From contig DATBXC010000097.1 in NCBI GenBank assembly GCA_036514455.1, forward strand, positions 1 to 42,251: DNA of 42,251 bases, written 5' to 3'. Under the pieces are notes generated by a model, which was given only the letters and a program-made list of their open reading frames with translations, had not been told where the DNA came from and did no database searches. Source of the DNA: Thermoplasmata archaeon. GTDB taxonomy: Archaea; Thermoplasmatota; Thermoplasmata; RBG-16-68-12. The translations under genes and the position numbers were made by a program. Positions 32,721-40,087 of this stretch are shown here, piece by piece. The number at the start of each line of letters is the position of its first letter. Position 1 is the first letter of the stretch.

Positions 32721-35700
32721 CACTGGAGGTCCTCCAGTTGGAGCCGCATGGCCACGCCAAGCGACAGCATCTCGTCGAGAAGGAGCTTGAACGCGTACGA
32801 GGTCTGGATGGGGTAGATCTTCGAGTTGTTCTCGCAGACCGGGCAGCGGAGCATCCCCTTCCGGTCTTTGATCGCGAAGTGGCCACAGTCCGTGTTCCCG
32901 CACACGTACTGGATCGTCCCGTCGGACTCGTCGAGCAGGCGGTCCTTGATCACCATCGCCGCGCCGTGCCCGATCAGGCAGTCCCGCTCCATCTCCCCGA
33001 ACCGGAGGCCGCCCTGGCGGGAGCGCCCCTCCGTGGGCTGGCGGGTCAGGATCTGGACGGGGCCGCGGCTCCGGACGTGGAGCTTCCCGGAGACCATGTG
33101 GTGGAGCTTCTGGTAGTAGATCACGCCGACGAAAATCTCCGCGGGAATCATCCGCCCCGTCGTCCCGTCGTACAGGATCTCCTTGCCGTTCGACTTGAAC
33201 CCGTTCGCCTCGAGCGCGGCGCGCAGGCTGTCCTCCCGCTCCCCGCTGAACGGCGTGCCGTCGATGAAGCGCCCCTCGAGCGCCCCGATCTTCCCGCCGA
33301 TCTGCTCGAGCACGTGGGCGACCGTCATCCGCGACGGGATCGCGTGCGGGTTGATGATCAGGTCCGGGATGATGCCCTCCGCGGTGAACGGCATGTCCTC
33401 CTGCTGGGCGATCAGGCCGATGACCCCCTTCTGGCCGTGGCGGGAGGCGAACTTGTCCCCGAGCTCCGGCACCCGGAGGTCACGGACCTTCACCTTGGCG
33501 AGCTTCGACCCGTTCTCCGATTCCGTGAGCATGACGGAGTCGACCCAGCCGGACTCTCCGTGGCGGACCGTGATCGACGTCTCCCGCCGCTTCTGGGGCG
33601 TCAGGAAGTCCGTCTCCTCCTCGAGGAACCGCGGCGGGCTCGTCTTCCCGATGAGGACCTCCCCGCCCTGGACGAGGACCTCCGGCGAGATCAGGCCGTC
33701 GTCGGGCGTGAGGTTCGCGTAGCTGAGGTCCGCCCGCGCGCCCCGGACGTCCGGGGACGGGATCTCGAAGTGGTCCTCCTGCCCGCCGGGGTACCGGCGC
33801 TCCTCCGCGCGGTACGTCCGCATGAACGAGGACCGGCCAAGGCCGCGGTCCACGGAGGCTTTGTTCATCACGATCGCGTCCTCCATGTTGTACCCGTGGA
33901 ACGACATCACCGCGACGACGAAGTTCTGGCCCGCGGGCCGCTCGTTGAACGAGAGGAACTTCATCGACGCCGTCTGCACGAGCGGCTTCTCGGGGTAATG
34001 GAGCAGGTGGCTCCGGGTGTCCGGGCGGGTGCGGTAGTTGCTCGCCGCGAGCCCGAGGGACTGCTTCGCCATCCCCGCGCCCATCGTGACCCGCGGGGAG
34101 GAGTTGTGCTCCGGATACGGGACGAGCCCGCTCGCGACCCCCAGGATCACGAGGGGGTCCACCTCGAGGTGCGTGTGGTCCTCGGTCAGCGAGCCCTTCA
34201 CGGTGAACGTCTTCCCGCAGTGCTTGCACTGGAGTTCGACGGTGTCCCCCGCGGCCCCGAGGTTCACCCACTCCAAGTCGCTCCGGCTGAGGGGCTCCTT
34301 GCACTCCTTGCACCGGGCGGGGACCTCGAAGGGGTAGAGGGCGATGTACGAGTCCTCCTCCTCCTCCGCGTCGATCCACTCGACGATCCCGTTCCGGACG
34401 AGGTCGCTGAAGCGCCACTTCCCGATCTTGAGGTCCTCCAGGTGCTTCCGGGTGAGGACGAGCCGGTCGTTCTTCACGACGAGGAGGGGGCGGCGGATCC
34501 GGCCCTCGTCGCAGTTGATCACGATCTCGCTCATGTTCTCGTCGAAGTGGACGTTCACCTCCGGGCTCAGGAGGCCCGAGCGCCGCCGCTCCCGAATCGC
34601 GGCGATGAGCTCTGGCGGGGATTCGTGGAGGCCGACAAGGTCGCCGTTCACGTACACCCGCGTGGCGGTCGTCTGGCCCTTCACCTGGCGGGTCCCGAGG
34701 TCCGCGAGGAGGAGCTTCACCTCGTCCTCCGGGAAGCCCTCGGAGACGTCGATCGCGAGGGACAGGTTCTTGACGAGCCCGCAATTCTGGCCCTCCGGCG
34801 TCTCGTTCGGGCACAGCCGGCCCCACTGGGTCGGGTGGAGGTCCCGGGCCTCGAAGTGGGGCTGGGACCGCGTGAGCGGGGACGTGACCCGCCTCAGGTG
34901 GCTCAGCGCGGACATGTTCGACGTGCGGTCTAGGAGCTGGCTCACGCCCGCGCGGCCGCCGACCCAGTTCCCCGTCGCGAGGGCGTGGAGGAGCCGCTGG
35001 CTCAGCAGGTCCGGGCGGATCGCGGAGCTGATCTTGATCTCCCGCCGCCGGGCGTACGAGCGCTCGAGTTGGTACTTCAGGTCCTTCACCAGGTTCGCGA
35101 ACGCGACGCGGAACAGGTCCTCCATGAGGTCCCCGGCGAGCTTCAGCCGCTTGTTCGCGTAGTGGTCCTTGTCGTCCTCCCGCCGCTTCCCGAGGTGCAG
35201 CTCGAGGACGGAGCGCGCGACCCGCCCGAGGAAGACCGCCTTCTTGATCCGGTCCTCGCGGGTGTCACCGAGGTGCGGGAGCAGGGACCGGTCCAGGATT
35301 GACTCGACCTTCTTCGTCCGGTACTCCTTCGCCTGCCCGGTCGCGAACTTCTTCTCGAGGTAGCTCACCGCGTCGTCGCGCGTGAAGATCCCGTTCGGCG
35401 GGTACAGCTTCTTGTTCTGGCACTCCTCGATGTTCGCGTAGACGATGTTCGCCATCTCCTGCACGCTGACGATCGCGTTGTAGATCTCCTCGTCCTTCTC
35501 CATCCCGAGGGCCTTCATCAGGATGATCAGCGGGATCTGCCCCGAGGCGGTCGGGACCGTGACGATCAGCATGCCGTCCTTCTTCATCTCGACGAGCGTG
35601 AGCGCGCGGTACCCCTCGCGCTGGGAGAACACCTTCGCGACGGGCACGCGCCGGCCGTACCGCTCGTTGTGCTCGACGAGCACGCGGTTCGGCGCGAGGT

Positions 35701-36310
35701 CCTCGAGGGAGATCAGGGCCCGTTCCGTGCCGCCGATGATGAAGTACCCGCCCGCGTCGACCGGGTCCTCCCCCAATTCGACGAGCTTCTCGCGGTACTC
35801 CCCCTCGGAGAGCTCGCCCTCGATCTCGAGGTTCTCCTTGTGCAGGGAGCACTTCTTCGACTTCACCATGATCGGCAGGTTCCCGATGTGCACGCGCTCG
35901 GGCTCCCGCTCGATCCCGTTCTCGACGACGGTGAAATCCAGGTAGATCGGCGACGTGTAGTTCAGGTTCCGGAGGCGGGCCTCCATCGGCGTCAGCGCGT
36001 GGGTCGCCCCGTTCGCCTCCTTCACGATTGGCGTGCCGACGGAGATCGTGGGCTTCGCGTCCAGGTCGATGCGGGCCCGGTCGTCCCGGCGCCGGCCGAT
36101 CCGGATCTCGATGATGTCCCCCTCCGTGCGGTCCTCGTCGAGCTTGAAGATCCCGCGGCGGTCGTCCTCCGGCGAGGAGCGCATGCTGTCGACGATCCGC
36201 TGCATCCGCGAGCTCGGGTTGTCGATCGTCGGCAGGAAGTCGTTGAACGACGCGATGTGGTGGTTCACGATGGAGCGTTCATGGAAGAACGCCTCCACGA
36301 GTTCTCGCAT
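32720..36310 (-). CDS. rpoB: DNA-directed RNA polymerase subunit B (Rpo2), unsplit
   Basis: 1196 aa. The motifs are [32 protein letters not shown] and the C-terminal Zn motif CGNTDCGHF...CPVC. The B'/B'' parts are fused in one ORF. Confidence 0.97.
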   Translation of the reverse strand: MRELVEAFFHERSIVNHHIASFNDFLPTIDNPSSRMQRIVDSMRSSPEDDRRGIFKLDEDRTEGDIIEIRIGRRRDDRARIDLDAKPTISVGTPIVKEANGATHALTPMEARLRNLNYTSPIYLDFTVVENGIEREPERVHIGNLPIMVKSKKCSLHKENLEIEGELSEGEYREKLVELGEDPVDAGGYFIIGGTERALISLEDLAPNRVLVEHNERYGRRVPVAKVFSQREGYRALTLVEMKKDGMLIVTVPTASGQIPLIILMKALGMEKDEEIYNAIVSVQEMANIVYANIEECQNKKLYPPNGIFTRDDAVSYLEKKFATGQAKEYRTKKVESILDRSLLPHLGDTREDRIKKAVFLGRVARSVLELHLGKRREDDKDHYANKRLKLAGDLMEDLFRVAFANLVKDLKYQLERSYARRREIKISSAIRPDLLSQRLLHALATGNWVGGRAGVSQLLDRTSNMSALSHLRRVTSPLTRSQPHFEARDLHPTQWGRLCPNETPEGQNCGLVKNLSLAIDVSEGFPEDEVKLLLADLGTRQVKGQTTATRVYVNGDLVGLHESPPELIAAIRERRRSGLLSPEVNVHFDENMSEIVINCDEGRIRRPLLVVKNDRLVLTRKHLEDLKIGKWRFSDLVRNGIVEWIDAEEEEDSYIALYPFEVPARCKECKEPLSRSDLEWVNLGAAGDTVELQCKHCGKTFTVKGSLTEDHTHLEVDPLVILGVASGLVPYPEHNSSPRVTMGAGMAKQSLGLAASNYRTRPDTRSHLLHYPEKPLVQTASMKFLSFNERPAGQNFVVAVMSFHGYNMEDAIVMNKASVDRGLGRSSFMRTYRAEERRYPGGQEDHFEIPSPDVRGARADLSYANLTPDDGLISPEVLVQGGEVLIGKTSPPRFLEEETDFLTPQKRRETSITVRHGESGWVDSVMLTESENGSKLAKVKVRDLRVPELGDKFASRHGQKGVIGLIAQQEDMPFTAEGIIPDLIINPHAIPSRMTVAHVLEQIGGKIGALEGRFIDGTPFSGEREDSLRAALEANGFKSNGKEILYDGTTGRMIPAEIFVGVIYYQKLHHMVSGKLHVRSRGPVQILTRQPTEGRSRQGGLRFGEMERDCLIGHGAAMVIKDRLLDESDGTIQYVCGNTDCGHFAIKDRKGMLRCPVCENNSKIYPIQTSYAFKLLLDEMLSLGVAMRLQLEDLQ

Positions 36311-36315
36311 TCCGC

Positions 36316-36567
36316 CTACCTCCCTATCACGAGTCGATACGCCTCGGACACGCCCGCCGTCTCCGACAGGCGCGTGACCTTGATGATCCGGCCCTCGCCG
36401 ATCGGGCCGTGGACCCGCTCCAAGACCTTGATCACGGGGTCCGCCTTCTTGATCTTCGGCAGCTGGTCCTTCGTGATCCGAAGGGCCGCAAGGATCCTCG
36501 CCGCCTCCTCGTCCGACAGCAGCCGGTGCTCAGGAACGAGCCTGTGCTGGAGCACGTTGAACCTCAT
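36316..36567 (-). CDS. rpoH: DNA-directed RNA polymerase subunit H (Rpo5)
   Basis: Track ORF 36316..36705 trimmed to the ATG at 36567 ([45 protein letters not shown]). The discarded 5' extension overlaps the tRNA gene. Confidence 0.9.
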   Translation of the reverse strand: MRFNVLQHRLVPEHRLLSDEEAARILAALRITKDQLPKIKKADPVIKVLERVHGPIGEGRIIKVTRLSETAGVSEAYRLVIGR

Positions 36568-36627
36568 CCTGGGGTCGCCTCCCTCGCCAGCGTGAGCCTT
36601 CTCCCGTGGTTCCGCATGGACCCCGGA

Positions 36628-36815
36628 CGGGCCCGCGGGGATTTTCGGGCCCTGTCGCCGGAGCAACAAGGCGCTTTCGAACCCCGGACCATCTGGTTTC
36701 TTCACCAGCCTGTCCTCGGGTATTGCCCGAGAGCAAGTCGGCTAAAAGCCAGATGCTCTTTCTAGGAACGACGCCTCTGTTCCACCGCCGTCCAACCTAG
36801 CTGAGCTACGGGCCC
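36628..36815 (-). tRNA. tRNA-Lys (anticodon UUU) interrupted by three introns (D-loop, anticodon loop 37/38, T-loop)
   Basis: Hand-folded from the minus strand.
- Exons: 36795-36815, 36743-36759, 36676-36697 and 36628-36641.
- Joined sequence (74 nt): GGGCCCG-TA-GCTC-AGCTAGGTA-GAGC-A-TCTGG-CTTTTAA-CCAGA-TGGTC-CGGGG-TTCGAAT-CCCCG-CGGGCCC-G.
- All four stems are perfectly paired.
- Introns are about 35, 45 and 34 nt.
- Each 3' junction has a 4-5 bp helix followed by an AA|N bulge, which is BHB-like.
- Splice points are ambiguous by 1-2 nt. No CCA is encoded. Confidence 0.8.
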
Positions 36816-36995
36816 GCGGGGGGTGCGGCGGTCCATGCGAGCACCGACCTAGTCGGATGTGCTAGTTAAAGTTTGCTCCCCGCGGTAAACCCATCCACCA
36901 CCAGGGGTGGGCGCGAAGGGACGCGGGCGAAGCCCGCCCCAGGGCGCGGGATTCTCCATAGCTTGATATAGGAACCGGGGATTCGAGCCGCCCTC

Positions 36996-37166
36996 ATGCT
37001 CCAGCACGAGCGGCGGTGCAACTCCTGCGGCGTCGTCCTCCACGGGCTCGGCACGACCGCGTTCCCCTGCCCGAGTTGCGGCAAGGGGACGATCGGGCGG
37101 TGCCGGCGGTGCAGGGACCAGAGCGTCGCGTACCGGTGCCCGGAGTGCGGGTACCAGGGACCCTGA
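36996..37166 (+). CDS. Small four-CxxC zinc-ribbon protein (COG2888-like, the Zn-ribbon gene that typically precedes aEF-1beta)
   Basis: Absent from the ORF track (56 aa). My own translation is MLQHERRCNSCGVVLHGLGTTAFPCPSCGKGTIGRCRRCRDQSVAYRCPECGYQGP. GC3 is high. TATA-like cttgatatagg at about 36961-36972 lies roughly 25-35 nt upstream. It ends 10 nt before the aEF-1beta gene. Confidence 0.75.
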   Translation: MLQHERRCNSCGVVLHGLGTTAFPCPSCGKGTIGRCRRCRDQSVAYRCPECGYQGP

Positions 37167-37176
37167 AGGTTTTCAG

Positions 37177-37437
37177 ATGGGCAAGGTCGCCGTCACGTTC
37201 CGGATCATGCCCGAGGACGTCGAGGTGGACCTCGAGGCGGTCCAGAGCCACGTCCGGTCCTCGCTCCGGGAGAAGCTCAAGAAGCTTGAGGTGAAGCCCG
37301 TGGCTTTCGGGCTGAAGGCGCTCGAGGCAATCGTCGTCGTGGACGACGCGAGCGGGGAGATGGAGCAGGTCGAGGCCGCGCTCAGTCGGATCCCGGGCGT
37401 GGGCGGGGTCGAGACGACCGAGGTCACGCTGCTCTAG
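37177..37437 (+). CDS. ef1b: Translation elongation factor aEF-1 beta
   Basis: 86 aa. The sequence MGKVAVTFRIMPEDVEVDLEAVQSHVRSSL...VKPVAFGLKALEAIVVVDDASGEMEQVEAALSRIPGVGGVETTEVTLL is a typical aEF-1beta. Confidence 0.9.
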   Translation: MGKVAVTFRIMPEDVEVDLEAVQSHVRSSLREKLKKLEVKPVAFGLKALEAIVVVDDASGEMEQVEAALSRIPGVGGVETTEVTLL

Positions 37438-38168
37438 AACGCGAACTCGCCGTTCACGAACGCGCGGGTCCGCGGGTCCTTCGGGTTCTCGAAGAACTCC
37501 TGTACGGGTCCCTCCTCGACGATCCGGCCCTCCAGCAGGAGGGCGACCCGGTGCGCGAGGCGCTTCGCCTGGAACATGTTGTGGGTGACGAGGATGACGG
37601 TCCCGCCCGTGGCCCGGTTGTACTCCCGCACGGCGGCCTCGAGGGCGTTCACGTTCGCGGGGTCCAGATTCGCGGTGAACTCGTCGAGCAGGAGGAGATC
37701 CGGGCGGGTGACGATCGCGCGGGCGAACGCGACCCGCTGGGCCTCCCCCGCGGACAACCCGGACGCGCGGGCGTTCACAAGGCCCGGGATACCGACCCCC
37801 TCCAGGGCCTTCAAGGTGCGCACGAGGAGTTCGGACCCCTCGACGCCGCGCACGCAGAGCCCGTACGAGACATTGTAGAACACGGACCCACGGAAGAGGA
37901 GGGGATTCTGGGCGACCATCCCGATCCTCCGCCGCAGGGCGAGACGGTCGATCGGCCCGGAGGGCGGAGCCCGCCCGTCGTACCGGACGCGCCCCGCCTC
38001 GGGCGGGAGCAGGAAGTCCACGATCCGCAGGAGGGTCGTCTTCCCCGCCCCGCTCGGGCCGACCACCGCGTAGATTTCGCCGGGCCGGACCCGCGCTTCG
38101 ACGCCCCGGAGGACCGCCCTGGGACCGAACGCCTTCTCGACGCCCTCGATCTCCAGGGACATCGTCAT
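37434..38168 (-). CDS. tupC: ABC transporter ATP-binding protein (tungstate-type, TupC-like)
   Basis: This is the 3' part of track ORF 37434..38906. It starts at the ATG at 38168, which overlaps the tupB TGA (ATGA). The motifs are Walker A GPSGAGKTT, signature LSAGEAQR and Walker B LLLLDEFT. Its stop overlaps the aEF-1beta stop in a CTAG palindrome. Confidence 0.8.
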   Translation of the reverse strand: MTMSLEIEGVEKAFGPRAVLRGVEARVRPGEIYAVVGPSGAGKTTLLRIVDFLLPPEAGRVRYDGRAPPSGPIDRLALRRRIGMVAQNPLLFRGSVFYNVSYGLCVRGVEGSELLVRTLKALEGVGIPGLVNARASGLSAGEAQRVAFARAIVTRPDLLLLDEFTANLDPANVNALEAAVREYNRATGGTVILVTHNMFQAKRLAHRVALLLEGRIVEEGPVQEFFENPKDPRTRAFVNGEFAF

Positions 38169-39040
38169 GGCAGGGTCCTCTCCTGGAGACGGAAGAGCAG
38201 GGCGTAAACGATCCCGCCCAGGACCAGGAGGATCGCACCGAGGCCCACGGCGTGGGCGTACGCGGCCTGCTGGACGTCCGTGATGATCGTCGTCGTGAGG
38301 ACCTGGGTCTGACCTTGAATGTGACCGCCCACGATGAAGACCGCCCCGACCTCCGAGATCGCGCGGCCGAAGCCCACCATGACCGCCGTCAGGACGCCCG
38401 CCGCGGCCTCGTGCATCACCGTGGCCGCGAGCTGTCGACGGTCCGCCCCGAGCACGTGCGCCGTCTCCTTCACCCGCCGCTCCACCGTCGAGACGACGGA
38501 CGTCGTGATCCCGAGGATGATGGGGGTGACGACGACGACCTGGGCGATCACCATGCCGAGCGGCGTGAAGAGGAGTCCGAGGAAGCCGAGAGGCCCGCCG
38601 CGGGAGAGGAGGAGGAAGACGAGGAGTCCCGCGAGGACCGGCGGTAGGCCATAGAGCGTGAAGAGTATGTTCCGGACGAGCCTCTGGCCCCCCACCTCGT
38701 GGAGTCCGAGGGCGATCCCGAGGGGTACCGCGATGGCGGTCGAGACGAGCGTCGAGGTCCCCGTGACGTACAGGGACAGGAAGGTAATCTGGAGGATGTC
38801 GCGCGTCGTGAGAACGAACCAGACGGCGAGCGGGAGGACGAAACCGATGCTGAACGCTAGGGCGCACACGAGGAGCCCTCGGGTTCGCATCCCCCTCACG
38901 ACCCAAACCAGAAGGAACACAATCCCGGCGAAGGCCAGAATCCCAATCACAACCAAGTCGATGACCAAGCCGATGACGGGCAGGATGCCCCCGACGACGA
39001 CCCCGAGGGCCAGGAAGAGCAGCGCCGTCGGGTCCCCCAT
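38165..39040 (-). CDS. tupB: ABC transporter permease (TupB-like) with two extra N-terminal TM helices
   Basis: Track ORF 38165..39064 starts at a TTG. The in-frame ATG at 39040 gives MGDPTALLFLALG... A BPD-transporter EAA-like segment (VKETAHVLGADRRQLAATVMHEAAAGVLTAVMVGFGRAISEVGA) is present. The start is uncertain. Confidence 0.75.
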   Translation of the reverse strand: MGDPTALLFLALGVVVGGILPVIGLVIDLVVIGILAFAGIVFLLVWVVRGMRTRGLLVCALAFSIGFVLPLAVWFVLTTRDILQITFLSLYVTGTSTLVSTAIAVPLGIALGLHEVGGQRLVRNILFTLYGLPPVLAGLLVFLLLSRGGPLGFLGLLFTPLGMVIAQVVVVTPIILGITTSVVSTVERRVKETAHVLGADRRQLAATVMHEAAAGVLTAVMVGFGRAISEVGAVFIVGGHIQGQTQVLTTTIITDVQQAAYAHAVGLGAILLVLGGIVYALLFRLQERTLP

Positions 39041-39085
39041 CGGCTCCTGTCCGTCCTTAGGCAAGGCCTCACCCTCGCACCATGC

Positions 39086-39964
39086 TCAGCACGCCTGCAC
39101 GCCATTCGGCGTGAAGATCATGTGCCCGCCCACCGTGAAGGCCCCGATCAGGCCTTGGCCGCGCGGGCTCACGAGCCACTGCGCGAACGCGACCGCTTCG
39201 TTGAACAGGACGCCCGGATGGAGGTTCGGCTCCACCGGGATCACGGAGTACTGGTTCCGGAGGACGTCTTCGTCCCGGGAGAACAGGAGCCGGAGGTACG
39301 GCAACGTGGACTCGCGCGCGTACCAGGTCCCGTCGTCGGACAGCGTGTACGCGGCCTTCTCGTTCGCAATCGTCAGAGTGTTCCCCATCCCCTGGTTCGT
39401 CTTCTCGTACCACGGGCCGAACGACGCCGGGTCCAGGCCCGCCGCGGCCCACAGCCCGAGCTCCTTGTTGTGCGTCCCGGAGTTGTCCGCGCGGGACTCG
39501 AAGAGGGACGCGTTCTGGTAGATCCGCAGGAAGCCGTCCGCCCCGGAGATGGACCGCGTGATTCCCGCGGGGTCTCCTGCCGGCCCGACAATCACGAAAC
39601 GGTTGTACATGATCAGGTTCCGGCACCGCCCCTGGCCGTCCGCCATGAACTGATCCTCGAGCCCGGGCGCGTGGACCATCACGAAATCCACGTCACCCCG
39701 GCGCCCTGCGTCTAGGGCCTGGCCCGTCCCCACCGCGACGTACCGGACCTCGATCCCGGTGTCCCCGGTGAACTTCGGAAGCAGGTACGGGAGGAGCCCG
39801 GTGTCGCGGGTGCTCGTCGTCGTCGCCATCAGCAGGTAGCCGCGGCCCCTCCCGACGCCGGAGAGGTACGCCCCGACGACGACAAGGACGACGACGGCCG
39901 CGAGCAGCACCGCGACATACCGTCTGGACGCGGCGAAGTGCATCGCCCGCACGGGACGGGCCAT
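39086..39964 (-). CDS. tupA: Tungstate ABC transporter substrate-binding protein (TupA family)
   Basis: 292 aa with a signal anchor (RRYVAVLLAAVVVLVVVGAYL). It continues LLMATTTSTRDTGLLPYLLPKF...AVGTGQALDAGRRGDVDFVMVHA, which matches the TupA TTTS / GTGQAL pattern. Confidence 0.8.
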   Translation of the reverse strand: MARPVRAMHFAASRRYVAVLLAAVVVLVVVGAYLSGVGRGRGYLLMATTTSTRDTGLLPYLLPKFTGDTGIEVRYVAVGTGQALDAGRRGDVDFVMVHAPGLEDQFMADGQGRCRNLIMYNRFVIVGPAGDPAGITRSISGADGFLRIYQNASLFESRADNSGTHNKELGLWAAAGLDPASFGPWYEKTNQGMGNTLTIANEKAAYTLSDDGTWYARESTLPYLRLLFSRDEDVLRNQYSVIPVEPNLHPGVLFNEAVAFAQWLVSPRGQGLIGAFTVGGHMIFTPNGVQAC

Positions 39965-40087
39965 GGCGTAAATGAAGTTTGGCGGGCCGAGGATGCTACA
40001 TCCGCGGCAAATTCATAAGTACGATTCCCGACGCTTCGTGTCCCGGGGGGTGCCACCCTGGGGATTCGCGGCGACATCAACGGGCGC

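Noticed and set aside
27166-34933. Long plus-strand ORFs 27166..30249, 30306..32816 and 32738..34933, antisense to the RNAP operon
   Set aside because: They lie opposite the unambiguous nusA, rpl30e, rpoA'', rpoA' and rpoB genes. Their translations are low-complexity Arg/Leu/Pro/Asp/Glu-rich sequences.
36568-36705. 5' extension of the rpoH ORF (MKKPDGPGFESALLL...)
   Set aside because: It overlaps the three-intron tRNA-Lys gene. The conserved RpoH sequence begins at the ATG at 36567.
36816-36995. GC-rich hairpins (for example GCGGGC-GAA-GCCCGC) and a TTCGA-like string between the tRNA and the Zn-ribbon gene, considered as a second tRNA or ncRNA
   Set aside because: I could not fold a cloverleaf on either strand, because the stems flanking the TTCGA-like string are not complementary. 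These are most likely promoter or leader sequences for the divergent tRNA and Zn-ribbon/aEF-1beta transcripts. An Rfam scan would settle it.
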